Below, in pieces: positions 49,166 to 62,832 of a stretch of DNA of 64,000 nt (positions within the stretch are counted from its first letter, which is position 1; the number at the start of each line of letters is the position of its first letter). The translations under genes were made by a program, and so were the position numbers. The stretch lies in contig JANMQY010000144.1 in NCBI GenBank assembly GCA_031370785.1, forward strand, positions 50,601 to 114,600, in the 5' to 3' direction. Source of the DNA: Candidatus Eiseniibacteriota bacterium. GTDB lineage: Bacteria; Eisenbacteria; RBG-16-71-46. Below the pieces are notes generated by a model that saw only the letters and a program-made list of their open reading frames with translations, did no database searches and had not been told where the DNA came from.

Positions 49166-50524
49166 ATGGCTACCACCGCCGTCGCGCCGCGTGGCGAAGT
49201 GGAACTGAAGCGCCAGATCGGGCTCTACGCCGCCACCGCGATCACCGTCGGCAACATCATCGGCTCGGGCATCTTCCGCTCGCCGCACTCGGTCGCCCAG
49301 CACATCCAGAGCTTCCCGGTCGTGATCTTCGCCTGGGTGCTCGGCGGCATTCTCAGCATCTGCGGCTCGCTGGTCCTGACCGAGCTCGCGGTCACGCACC
49401 CGAAGACCGGCGGACTCTACGTGTTCATCCGCGAGAGCTTCGGCAACGCGTGGGGCTTCATGTTCGGGTGGGCCAACCTGTGGGTGATCAAGCCGACCGT
49501 GATCGCTTCGATCACCAGCGTGTTCGCGCTCTACTTCTGCCAGGTGCTGCACCTGCCCAAGCAGACCGAGTTCCCGGTGGGCGCGGGCGCGATCCTGCTG
49601 CTCACGCTGGTCAACTGGCTCGGGGTGCGGCAGGGCGCGGGAACCCAGTCGCTGTTCACCACGCTCAAGGTGGTCGGGATCGCCGCGCTGTGCATCGCGG
49701 CGTTCACACTGCCGGCTTCGTACCCGCCCACGCCGCTGGCGGACGCCGCACCGCTCCATCCCGAGACCAGCATCCTGCAGGCGCTGGCTCTGGCCATGAT
49801 CTCGATCCTGTTTGCGTACGACGGCTGGACCGATTCGACGTATGTGGCTGGCGAAGTGGTCAACCCGAAGCGCACGCTGCCGATCGCGATCGTGTGGGGC
49901 ACGTGGCTCGTGATCGGGGTCTACGTGATCACCAACATCGCCTACTTCCACGTGCTCGGCGTGGATGGGGTCGCCGGCTACGAGGCGGTCGGCTCGGAAA
50001 CCATCCGGCGTCTGCTCGGCGAGTGGGGCGGGCGCGCGCTCGCGGTGCTGGTCGCAGTCTCGACCTTCGGCACCACCAACGGCGCGATCCTGACCGGCCC
50101 GCGCGTCACTCAGGCGATGGCCGCCGACGGCCTGCTGTGGAAGCCGCTGGCGAGGCTCGATCCCAGGCGCGGCACGCCCTCGCTCGCGCTGTGGGTGCAG
50201 GCCGTGCTGTCGTGCACCTGGCTCGGGTTCGCCAGCCGCGGCTTCGAAGACGTCTCGGGCTGGTTCGTCACCACCTCCTGGCTGTTCTACGGACTCACCA
50301 TCGCCGGGATCTTCATCCAGCGCCGGCACGAGCGCGAAGGCCGGATCGCCGCGCCCACCTATCGCACTCCACTGTTCCCGGTCACGCCGATCGTGTTCAT
50401 CGCGGTCACCGTGCTGATCATCGCCAGCGACCTGCACGACAGCGGCTGGCGCGCGGCGGCCGGGCTGCTGATCGCCGCGACCGGGCTGCCGGTCTACTGG
50501 CTGTGGAAGGGTCGGCGCGCCTGA
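49166..50524 (+). CDS. APC family amino acid permease (LAT/SteT-like)
   Basis: GNIIGSGIF, GGLYVF and FAYDGW...GEVVNPKRTLP in a protein with about 12 TMs. Confidence 0.92.
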   Translation: MATTAVAPRGEVELKRQIGLYAATAITVGNIIGSGIFRSPHSVAQHIQSFPVVIFAWVLGGILSICGSLVLTELAVTHPKTGGLYVFIRESFGNAWGFMFGWANLWVIKPTVIASITSVFALYFCQVLHLPKQTEFPVGAGAILLLTLVNWLGVRQGAGTQSLFTTLKVVGIAALCIAAFTLPASYPPTPLADAAPLHPETSILQALALAMISILFAYDGWTDSTYVAGEVVNPKRTLPIAIVWGTWLVIGVYVITNIAYFHVLGVDGVAGYEAVGSETIRRLLGEWGGRALAVLVAVSTFGTTNGAILTGPRVTQAMAADGLLWKPLARLDPRRGTPSLALWVQAVLSCTWLGFASRGFEDVSGWFVTTSWLFYGLTIAGIFIQRRHEREGRIAAPTYRTPLFPVTPIVFIAVTVLIIASDLHDSGWRAAAGLLIAATGLPVYWLWKGRRA

Positions 50525-50547
50525 GCGCGGACAGGGCGGCAGCTCCC

Positions 50548-51336
50548 GTGCACGATGACCTCCCGGGCGCACCCGAGGCGCCATCGCCTTACGACGATGG
50601 CGACATGTACGACGTCGTGTTCCGCGACTTCGACATGGACCGCGCGTTCTTCGTCGAGCTCGCGCGCGAGGCGAGAGGTCCGGTGCTCGAGGTCGCGTGC
50701 GGCACCGGCCGTCTGCTCATCCCCTGCCTCGAGGCCGGAGCGGACGTGGACGGGATCGATCACTATCCCGCGATGCTGCGCACGCTCAGGCGCAAGGCAA
50801 AGGCGCTCGGGCTCGAGCCGAATGTCACGGACGCCGACATGCGCGACTTCGCGCTGCCGCGCCGCTTCGTGCTCGTGACCATTCCGTTCAACGCATTCCT
50901 GCACAACCTCACCCTCGAGGACCAGCTCTCGACGCTGCGCTGCTGCCGCGAACACCTGGAGATCGGCGGCCGGCTGGTGATGCACGTTTCGTTCTTCGGC
51001 GCTTCGACGATCGCCACCTCGGGGCAGGGGCCGGTGCTCGAGATGGAGACCGTGCATCCCGTGACCGGTCACACGCTGCGCCTCTACGACGGACGCACCA
51101 TGAATCCGGTCGAGCAGCTCCAGCATTCCATGAACGAGATCCACGAGATCGACGCCAGGGGCAACACCCTGGCGGTGCATCGCACCGAGACCTGGGTGCG
51201 CTGGATCCACAAGCCCGAGCTCGAGCTACTGCTGCGCCAGGCGGGCTTTCCGCGCTACGAGATCCTCGGCGGCTTCGACGGCAGGAAGCTCGAATCCGAG
51301 GAGGACCAGATGGTGGTGACCGCATGGAAGGACTGA
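50548..51336 (+). CDS. Class I SAM-dependent methyltransferase; alternative CTG start at 50521
   Basis: VLEVACGTGR, ADMRDF and PFNAFLH motifs. Confidence 0.88.
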   Translation: MHDDLPGAPEAPSPYDDGDMYDVVFRDFDMDRAFFVELAREARGPVLEVACGTGRLLIPCLEAGADVDGIDHYPAMLRTLRRKAKALGLEPNVTDADMRDFALPRRFVLVTIPFNAFLHNLTLEDQLSTLRCCREHLEIGGRLVMHVSFFGASTIATSGQGPVLEMETVHPVTGHTLRLYDGRTMNPVEQLQHSMNEIHEIDARGNTLAVHRTETWVRWIHKPELELLLRQAGFPRYEILGGFDGRKLESEEDQMVVTAWKD

Positions 51337-51340
51337 TTCG

Positions 51341-52282
51341 ATGAGCCCGGCGGCTGAAGCACCGGACGCGCACGGCGTTCCCGGACGCGGCGCGCGTCAG
51401 GCGCTCGACCCCGCGATCGTCGCGCGCCTCGCGCATCTCGACGTGCGCGCGCGGCTGGTGGTCGAAGGCTTCATCGCCGGCATGCATCGCTCGCCGTTCC
51501 ACGGATTCAGCGTGGAATTCGCCGAGCATCGCCCGTACATGCCCGGAGATCCGCTCAAGAATCTCGACTGGAAGGTGTGGGCGCGCAGCGACCGCTTCCT
51601 CGTAAAGCAGTACACCGAGGAAACCAACCTGCGCTGCCACCTGCTGCTCGACCTGTCGGGTTCGATGGGCTTCAAGAGCGCGCGCGCCCCGATGAGCAAG
51701 CTCGAGTACGCGCGCTCCCTGAGCGCGGCGCTGGCCTACCTGATGCTCCAGCAGCAGGACGCGGTCGGGGCGCTCCTGTTCGCCGAGCGGCCGCTGCGCT
51801 ACGTGCCGGCGCGCGCGGTGCGCTCCCACCTCGACGTGATCCTGAAGACGCTCGGCGCACTCGAGCCGCAGGGCCGCACCCGGCTCGGGCCGGTGCTACA
51901 CGAGCTGGCGGAGCGGGTCAAGCGGCGCGGACTCGTGATCCTGTGCTCGGACCTGATGGACCGTCCGGAGGAGGTGCTCAAGGGCCTGCAGCACTTCCGC
52001 CATCGCCATCACGAGGTGATCGTGTTCCACATTCTCGATCCGGACGAGATCGAGTTTCCCTACACCGACACCGCCACCTTCGTGGATCTCGAGACCGGGG
52101 AGCGGCTCACCACCGAGCCGTGGGAGATCGCGCGGCGCTATCGCGAGAAGCTGGAAGCGTGGACCGGGCACTATCGCCGCCAGTGCCGCGAGCAGCGCAT
52201 CGACTACGTGCCGATCGACACGCGCACGCCGTTCGATGAGGCCCTGCTCAGGTACCTCGAGAAGCGCGTGAGGCTGCTGTGA
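51341..52282 (+). CDS. DUF58 domain protein (MoxR partner)
   Basis: GMHRSPFHGFSVEFAEHRPYMPGD..LDWKVWAR and DLSGSM. Confidence 0.93.
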   Translation: MSPAAEAPDAHGVPGRGARQALDPAIVARLAHLDVRARLVVEGFIAGMHRSPFHGFSVEFAEHRPYMPGDPLKNLDWKVWARSDRFLVKQYTEETNLRCHLLLDLSGSMGFKSARAPMSKLEYARSLSAALAYLMLQQQDAVGALLFAERPLRYVPARAVRSHLDVILKTLGALEPQGRTRLGPVLHELAERVKRRGLVILCSDLMDRPEEVLKGLQHFRHRHHEVIVFHILDPDEIEFPYTDTATFVDLETGERLTTEPWEIARRYREKLEAWTGHYRRQCREQRIDYVPIDTRTPFDEALLRYLEKRVRLL

Positions 52283-52908
52283 CCCTGCGCATCGCGGCGG
52301 CGCTCGCGCTGCTGCTGGGCGCCGCCGGCCTTTCCGCCTATCTGCACGTGCTCGGCAAGGGCCCGCTGGTCGCGCTCGATGCGCGCCACGTGCGCGACAT
52401 GAAGGACCGCCGCGACCCGCCCACCACCACGACCCGGTTCACCCCCGCCGACTTCCAGGCGCTGCCGCACGGCTGGAGCGTGGCCGAGTACTCCGCGCTC
52501 GAGCGCCGCGGGGTCAGGTTCGAAGGCTATGTGCCGCGCATGCTGCGCGCGAGCGACGACGACGTGCACCTGGAAGTGATCCCGGGATGGAATTCCGCCG
52601 GCGTCGAGTCCACCTATGTCACGGCCGAGGTCACGCCCGCCTTCCGCCTGGGGTCGCGCACCTGGACCTACGAGGCGCTGGCGCACGCGTTCCGCGTGAA
52701 CGGTGGAGCGGTCACTCCGTGGGACTCTGGCCCCCGGCGCGTGCGCATCTCGGGCTGGCTGCTGTTCGACTTCCAGTACGACCAGCGTCCCGATCTCAGG
52801 TCCACTTCGCACGATCCCGCCCGGCTCACCGGCTGGGAGATCCATCCGGTGACGCGCATCGAGGTCTGGAATGAATCGCTCGGCGCCTTCGCGGAGATCC
52901 CTCGGTGA
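52279..52908 (+). CDS. Hypothetical membrane-anchored protein, possible OB-fold
   Basis: N-terminal hydrophobic anchor with DDDVHL, AEVTP, GWLLFD and WEIHPVT motifs. GTGA overlaps at both ends. Confidence 0.6.
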   Translation: MTLRIAAALALLLGAAGLSAYLHVLGKGPLVALDARHVRDMKDRRDPPTTTTRFTPADFQALPHGWSVAEYSALERRGVRFEGYVPRMLRASDDDVHLEVIPGWNSAGVESTYVTAEVTPAFRLGSRTWTYEALAHAFRVNGGAVTPWDSGPRRVRISGWLLFDFQYDQRPDLRSTSHDPARLTGWEIHPVTRIEVWNESLGAFAEIPR

Positions 52909-54953
52909 GCTTTCTCAATCCGCTGTTCCTGTTCGCCCTCGCGGCGGCCGCCATCCCGATCCTGATCCACCTGTTCACCCGGCGCCGCCCGCGCGAGGTG
53001 CCGTTCCCCTCGCTCGAGTTCCTGAGCGAGGTGAACCAGAGCGAGATCCGCCGCCTCAAGCTCAAGCAGTGGCTGCTCCTGCTGCTGCGCACCCTGGCGG
53101 TGGCCGCGATCGCTCTCGCCATGGCGCGCCCCGCGCTCAAGGGCGCGACCGGCGCGCGCAGCGGCGCGGCCACCAGCGTGGTAGTGCTGGTGGACCGCAG
53201 CGGCAGCATGAGCGCCGCCTCTGCCTCCGGGGCGCTGCTGGTCGAGGCGAAGCGCATCGCCGAAGACCTGCTCGGCACGCTCGGCGCATCGGACGAGCTG
53301 CTGCTCGTGCCCTACGACCTCGCGCCGCATCCTTTCACGGCGCGAGCGATCGGCGATCTCGGTCGCCTGCGCGCCGGAGTGCAGGGCCTGAACGCGGGCG
53401 CGCTCGCCACCGATCACCAGCAGGCGCTCGCGTCCGGCGCTCGCGCGCTCGGCGAAGCGCACGCACTCAACCGCGAGCTGTTCTGGATCTCGGATTTCCA
53501 GATGACCGGCTTCGCGGCGACGGCCTCTCCGGTAGCGCCGGCCGGACCGTGGGAACGATCGCGCGTCTACCTGATTCCGCTCAGCCCCCGGACCCGCGCG
53601 AACGCCGCGCTCACCGACGCGAGCTTCGCCCCGACCGAAGGCGGCGCCGCGCTTTCCGTGGAAGGCGCCTCGTTCGGTGCTCCGGGCGGGGACCTCGCGG
53701 TCGAGGCGCACGACGCCGGGGACGACGCCGTGCTCGGCCGCGGGTTCTTGAACCTGCCCGCGCGCGGGATCGCTTCCGCGCTGCTGCCGCTCTCGCACAT
53801 GCCCGAGTCGGGCGGTGATGCGCGCATTCCCGACGACGTGCTCGCGCTCGACAACCGGCGCTTTTTCTCGGCCGGTCGCGCCGGAACGCTGCACGTGCTG
53901 ATCCGCGAGGACGGCGCGCCTTCCGCGCTGCGTCTTGCGCTCGAAGCCGGCTCGCCGGCTTCCGGGCTCGCGGTCGAAGCGGTGGACGGCGCCGCGCTCG
54001 CCGCGCGCGCCCGCACCGCCGACCTGATCGTGCTCAACGACCTCGAGCGCCTCGGACCCACCGAGCTTCAGGCGGTGCTCGACTTCTGGCGTGGCGGCGG
54101 CGGACTATTCGTGATCCTCGGGCCCCGCGCGGAGGCGGCGTTCTGGAACGGCACGCTGCTCGCCGAGACGAAGGCCGGGACGCTCGGCGCGCTCGATCGC
54201 CCGGCCGCGGGCGGCGCGTGGCGGCTGATGCGGGTTGCCGCCGGCCACGCCGCGCTCGCCGGATTTCCCGCCCGCCCCGGGGAGGCGCTCTCGACCGCGC
54301 GCTTCCAGAGTGTGCGCGCGTTCGCGCCGGGCCCGGGTGCGAGAACCCTGCTCCAGTTCGATCGCGCCCATCCCGCGCTGGTCGAGCTGCCGCATGCGCT
54401 GGTGTTCGCGGCGGGGCTCGATCCAGCGAGCTCCGACTTTCCAATGAGCGGCGCGTTTCTGCCGCTGCTCCATCAGGCGATCAAGGTGCTCGGGCGCGGC
54501 ACCGCTTCCGCCTCGCTCACTCCGGGCGACCGCTGGAGCGCGCCGGCCTCGACCGGCACCTGGCGCATCGAGGATCCCGATGGCCACGAGGTGCCGAGCG
54601 CGCTCGACGCCGCGGGTGGAGCGACCCGGCTCACCTCGGCGCCGCTCGAGCGCGTCGGGCTCTATCGCGTCTACGAAGGCGGCACGCTGCGCAGCGCGTT
54701 CGCGGTCAACCCCGACCCGCGCGAGAGCGACCTCGCCCCGCTTTCCGAACCCGCGATGCTGCGCATGTTCCCCGCGGGTCGCGCGCAGATCGTCCGCCCG
54801 GGCGCAGGGCTCGCGCGACGGGTGCGCGAGGCACGCTATGGCCGCGAGCTGTGGAGTGCGTTCGTCCTGCTCGCGTTGGCGCTGCTCGTCGCCGAAACCG
54901 TGGTCGCGAGGTGGGGCATGGCGGGCGTGGCGACTCAGGCAAAAGCCCGATGA
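52905..54953 (+). CDS. BatA-domain / vWA membrane protein
   Basis: MSFLNPLFL..IPILIHL BatA N-terminus, DRSGSM MIDAS, and C-terminal NPDPRESDL followed by a TM helix. Confidence 0.9.
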   Translation: MSFLNPLFLFALAAAAIPILIHLFTRRRPREVPFPSLEFLSEVNQSEIRRLKLKQWLLLLLRTLAVAAIALAMARPALKGATGARSGAATSVVVLVDRSGSMSAASASGALLVEAKRIAEDLLGTLGASDELLLVPYDLAPHPFTARAIGDLGRLRAGVQGLNAGALATDHQQALASGARALGEAHALNRELFWISDFQMTGFAATASPVAPAGPWERSRVYLIPLSPRTRANAALTDASFAPTEGGAALSVEGASFGAPGGDLAVEAHDAGDDAVLGRGFLNLPARGIASALLPLSHMPESGGDARIPDDVLALDNRRFFSAGRAGTLHVLIREDGAPSALRLALEAGSPASGLAVEAVDGAALAARARTADLIVLNDLERLGPTELQAVLDFWRGGGGLFVILGPRAEAAFWNGTLLAETKAGTLGALDRPAAGGAWRLMRVAAGHAALAGFPARPGEALSTARFQSVRAFAPGPGARTLLQFDRAHPALVELPHALVFAAGLDPASSDFPMSGAFLPLLHQAIKVLGRGTASASLTPGDRWSAPASTGTWRIEDPDGHEVPSALDAAGGATRLTSAPLERVGLYRVYEGGTLRSAFAVNPDPRESDLAPLSEPAMLRMFPAGRAQIVRPGAGLARRVREARYGRELWSAFVLLALALLVAETVVARWGMAGVATQAKAR

Positions 54954-55021
54954 GCGCGCTCGACGCGGCGCCGCTCGAGGGCTAGCCTCCCGAGCGACCG
55001 GTCTTTCCAGCGGAGGCCCGC

Positions 55022-55822
55022 ATGCACTCCCGTCTGAAGCTCTACCTCGCCGTCGCGCTCCTCGGCGGTGTGTTCGCGATCCAGATCACGGGCTGCAGTC
55101 TCATCGGGTTCGGCATCGGCTCGCTGATCGACAACGCGCGCGACACGCACTACCGGTCGACCAGCGCCCGACAGTTCTTCGCGATCTCGCCGGGAACACC
55201 CGTCGTGTTGAACCTGCGCGACAGCACCACCATCGCCGGGCGCTACCGCGGCTGGCGCGATCTGCCCGACAGCGTGTACGTGCCGCGCTACGAGGCGTGG
55301 CGCCAGAGCCTGCCCGCAGAATTCCAGCCTCCGCGACTCGGCGAGGGCGTGATTCTGACCGACCAGCGTCACCGCACCCACCGCGGCGATTTCGTGGGCT
55401 TCGGCCTGTACACGGTGCGGCTCAAGCGGGGCCGTTGGACCATCGAAGACCACCCGTTCGACGAGCTGATCAAAGCCCGGACCGATGACCGCCGGACCTT
55501 CGCGCTCGACTCGGTGGCCGCCGGTATCGAGAGCGCCCGGCTGCCACTGCGCGCCGAACTCACCATTTCCGCCCCGGATGGCACCCACCACGTCGATGCT
55601 TCGACGATCGCGACCGTGACCGTGCCGGTGCCCAAGAACGCGAAGAACGTCGGACTCGCGGTCGGCGTGTTCGCGGACATTCTGGTGGTTGCCGCGGTGG
55701 CGAGCATGGCGACCTCGGATCCGTGGGGTTCGAGCAGCTGCGAGCCATCCTACGTGGGGCCAGTCTACGTGCGAACCTGGACGCCGCCCGCGGGACGAGC
55801 GCCAGTCCCTGCCCGGCGCTGA
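55022..55822 (+). CDS. Hypothetical lipoprotein/membrane protein
   Basis: SD GGAGG, ITGC lipobox-like signal and a C-terminal hydrophobic segment. Confidence 0.6.
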   Translation: MHSRLKLYLAVALLGGVFAIQITGCSLIGFGIGSLIDNARDTHYRSTSARQFFAISPGTPVVLNLRDSTTIAGRYRGWRDLPDSVYVPRYEAWRQSLPAEFQPPRLGEGVILTDQRHRTHRGDFVGFGLYTVRLKRGRWTIEDHPFDELIKARTDDRRTFALDSVAAGIESARLPLRAELTISAPDGTHHVDASTIATVTVPVPKNAKNVGLAVGVFADILVVAAVASMATSDPWGSSSCEPSYVGPVYVRTWTPPAGRAPVPARR

Positions 55823-55862
55823 AGCCATCGAAATTGGTAGTTGCCGGCGCGCTCGTGTCGGT

Positions 55863-55929
55863 TTGAGAGCGCGTGAACCCTCTGCTAGTCTGCGTCGGCC
55901 TCGCCCGTCGGGCGGGGCCTCTTTCTTTG
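55863..55929 (+). promoter_or_regulatory. sigma70-type promoter followed immediately by a terminator-like hairpin, upstream of mfd
   Basis: TTGAGA-17 nt-TAGTCT with extended TG. Stem GGCCTCGCCC/GGGCGGGGCC at 55897-55919 is followed by TCTTTCTTT. Confidence 0.5.
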
Positions 55930-56024
55930 CCGCAACCGCCCTGGGGAAAACCCGTGGCGGATTTTTGGCGTTGGACTGCGCTCATCGAGTGGCGCGTGTC
56001 TCGATTTTCTCCAAGGAGTTTTCC

Positions 56025-59545
<3,521 letters not shown>

Positions 59546-59549
<4 letters not shown>

Positions 59550-61276
59550 TCCATCATTCGAAGTCGAACTTCTCGCGGCCGCGAGCGCTGTCTCGAGCGG
59601 CGGCTTTGTGTTCGATCGGACTCGCGGCGCTTGCCGGCGGGTGCGGCTCGCGCTCCGACGTGCTCGCGGTGGTCGGCCCGCGCACCGTCACCGTGCACGA
59701 CTTCCAGGACGTCGCCCGGCAGAACTGGCAGCAGTACCCCGGGGAAGCCGACGTCGCTCGTCGCACGCTGCTCGAGGACCTGGTGCGCCGCGATCTGCTG
59801 CTCGCCGCGGCGGACGACCAGGGACTGTTCCGCGACAGCATGGTGGTTCGCGCCGCGCGCCGCGCCGAAGAAGCGGCGCTGTCGCAGGCCCTGATCCAGC
59901 GCATGGTCCTCAATGCCGTGCCGGTCAGCGATGGCGAGGTCGCGACGCTCTACGGCTGGATCGGCACCCAGTCGCACCTGCAGATCATCTTCGCGCCGGA
60001 CCGATCCGCGGCGAATGCAGCGATGAACGATCTGGCCGCGGGCGCCGATTTCGCCGCGGTGTCGATGCACTACACCCCGGCCGGGTTGCTCCCTCCCGGC
60101 GGGGACGTGGGCTGGCTCACGCCGGGGACACTGGTGCCGCCGCTCGACGATGAGCTGCGTGTTGCGCCGATCGGCGCGATCCGTGGCCCGCTCGAAGCGC
60201 CCGGCGACGGCTGGTTCATCCTTCGCGTGCTCGAACGCCGGCCGGCCGAGCAGCACCCGCCGCTCGAAGTCATGCGCAGCCAGCTCGCCAGCATGCTGCG
60301 CCAGCGCAAGGTGAGTTCCCAGTCGAGGCGCATGGTCCGCGATCTGCGTGACACCTACCGGGTACGCATCGAGCCCGATGGCGCCCAGATCATGTTTCAG
60401 GCGGCGCGCCTGCAGAACGATCCGGATCCCTCGCAGCGTCGCGATCCGACGCCAATGGAGCGCTCGCGAGTGCTGGCGCGCTATGACGACGAACGCAGCA
60501 ACCCGCACACATATACGCTCGGGAATGCGCTCGACGATCTGCTCGACCGCGCAGTCCAGCCTCCGAACGCGACCTCGACCCCCGCGCTTCAGGAGTGGAT
60601 CACCTCGCGCGTGGTCAGCCGGGTCTCGCTGGCCGAGGCGCGTCGCCGCGGGATCGACCGCGAGCCCGCGTTGAGGCATCAGGTCGAAGAAGGAATCAAC
60701 AATCTGGTGCTGGACCAGATCTACTCCCGGCTCGTGACCTCGGGCTTTCAGGTGAGCGAGGCCGATGTGCGGGCGGTCTACGCGCGGCACGCCGGCCAGT
60801 ACCAGCGCCTCGACGCGGTACACGTCGCGCGCGTCCTGCTCCCCGACAGCGCAGCCGCCGCCGCGCTCACCCAGCACGCGATGCATGCCGGCTCGCTGCG
60901 CCAAGCCGTCACGATGGCCGGGATCACCGCGCCGGTCGAAGAGGAGACCATCCGCTACCCGACCGAGAATCCCCGCTGGAAGATCTACGACGCGATGTTC
61001 CTGTCGATGGTGCCGGGGCAATGGTCCGCACCGCTCCGGACCGACTCGGGCTGGATCGTGCTCCAGCTGCTCGACAAGCAGCAGTTCGATCAGTCGTTCG
61101 ACAAGCTCCCGCCCGCGATCCGCAAGCACCTCGAGGAGGAGGCGCTGGCCCGCATGCGCGACGCAAGGCTCGAGGCGGTGACGGATTCTCTGCGGCGCAC
61201 GGTCAAGCCGGTGGAAATCCACCCCGAGCGCCTCTCACGCATTCCATGGCCGCTGCCCGAGTCACAGGGAGAATAG
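59546..61276 (+). CDS. Parvulin-type peptidyl-prolyl isomerase lipoprotein (SurA/PrsA-like)
   Basis: LAGGC lipobox, ADFAAV...GGDVGW...GPL...GWFILRV, and a second degenerate parvulin domain. ATGA overlap with mfd. Confidence 0.8.
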
Positions 61277-61285
61277 GAGCGTTCG

Positions 61286-61681
61286 GTGCGTCTCACTACC
61301 ATTGCCATCGCCGTGCTGGCCATACTGTCGCTGAGCGGTTGCGCTGCGACCGCGACCCGGGTGCGCCCGGTGGATGCGACCGACAAGATCGCCGGCCGCT
61401 ACGCCATCAACGGCAGTCCGACCGACGTGGTGATCATCACCGCCATCGCCCGCCGCCAGTACCGCATCGAGAATCCCGGTTTCTGGATGGGTGTCGGACT
61501 GTTCGACGGCAAGGTCTACTGGGGCGTGTTCACGTATCCCTCCGACACGCGGCACGGCTCTCTGGCCGGCGTGCGCGGCGTGCAGCGCGCCGAACTCCAG
61601 CCCGACGGCTCCTTCAAGGTGCACGGCAGCTTCGCGCCCGGCGCGAGCGAATTCGACGTGGTCTGGACGCGCACGCGGTAG
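61286..61681 (+). CDS. Hypothetical lipoprotein
   Basis: SD AGGAG and lipobox LSGC. Confidence 0.7.
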   Translation: MRLTTIAIAVLAILSLSGCAATATRVRPVDATDKIAGRYAINGSPTDVVIITAIARRQYRIENPGFWMGVGLFDGKVYWGVFTYPSDTRHGSLAGVRGVQRAELQPDGSFKVHGSFAPGASEFDVVWTRTR

Positions 61682-61745
61682 AAGCGCGTTTCGCTGCGCC
61701 GCACGCGGTGTCGCTCGCGCCTTCCCTCCGCCTCGGGAGATCCCC

Positions 61746-62804
61746 TTGGATTTCGGTTCCAAGCACCTGATCGTCACCGGCGCGGCGGGCTGGCTCGGCC
61801 GCCGCCTGGTGGATACGCTGGCGCATGGCCTCCCCGAAATCGGCGCCCTCGCCACGCCACCGGCCGATGCGCGCATCCGCTGCCTGGTGTTGCCGGGCGA
61901 GGACGCGACCACGCTGACCGGTCTCTCCGAGCGCGTCGAGATCCTGACCGGCGACGTGCGAGATCCGGCGGCCTCGGCCCGGCTCTTCCAAGGCACGCGC
62001 GAGGCGGTGGTGTTCCACATCGCCGGCGTCATCCACCCGCGACGCGTGGATGAGTTCTATCAGATCAACGTGGACGGCACGCGCCGGGTGCTCGAAGCCG
62101 CGATCGCGGCCGGCGCGCGGCGTGCGGTCGTGATGTCGAGCAATTCGCCGTGCGGTTGCAATCCCGACCGCGAGCATCGCTTCGATGAGCGCTCGCCTTA
62201 TCACCCCTACATGAATTACGGCCGCTCCAAGATGCTCATGGAGATGGCGGTAAAGGAACTGCGCGGGTCGAGCGCGCTCGAGAGCGTGTTGATCCGCGCG
62301 CCCTGGTTCTACGGCCCCTACCAGCCGCCACGGCAGACTCTGTTCCTCCAGATGATCCGTGACGGCAAGGCCCCGATCGTCGGCGATGGGAACAACCTGC
62401 GCTCGATGGCCTACCTCGACAATCTTTGCCAGGGGCTGATGCTCGCCGCCATCATCGCCGGCGCCGATCGCCAGGTGTTCTGGATCGCCGATGAGCGTCC
62501 CTACACCATGAACGAGGTGGTGGATACGGTCGAGCGCCTGCTCGAATCCGAGTTCGGACAGAAGGTCGCGCATCGCCGCATGCGCCTGCCCGGCATCGCT
62601 GGCGACGTGGCTCAGATCGCCGACGCCGCGCTGCAGGCGCTGGGCATGTACAACCAGAAGATCCATGTGCTGGGCGAGCTGAACAAGAACATCGCGTGCC
62701 GCATCGAGGGCGCGCGCGAAGGGCTCGGCTACGCGCCCGCGATCGCGCTGGAAGAAGGCATGCGGCGCAGCATCCGCTGGTGCATCGAGAACCACCAGCT
62801 GTGA
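61746..62804 (+). CDS. NAD-dependent epimerase/dehydratase (extended SDR)
   Basis: TGAAGWLG and YGRSK motifs. TTG start after GGGAG. Confidence 0.88.
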   Translation: MDFGSKHLIVTGAAGWLGRRLVDTLAHGLPEIGALATPPADARIRCLVLPGEDATTLTGLSERVEILTGDVRDPAASARLFQGTREAVVFHIAGVIHPRRVDEFYQINVDGTRRVLEAAIAAGARRAVVMSSNSPCGCNPDREHRFDERSPYHPYMNYGRSKMLMEMAVKELRGSSALESVLIRAPWFYGPYQPPRQTLFLQMIRDGKAPIVGDGNNLRSMAYLDNLCQGLMLAAIIAGADRQVFWIADERPYTMNEVVDTVERLLESEFGQKVAHRRMRLPGIAGDVAQIADAALQALGMYNQKIHVLGELNKNIACRIEGAREGLGYAPAIALEEGMRRSIRWCIENHQL

Positions 62805-62832
62805 GGCCGCGCGCGGCGCCGCGGAACGCGCA

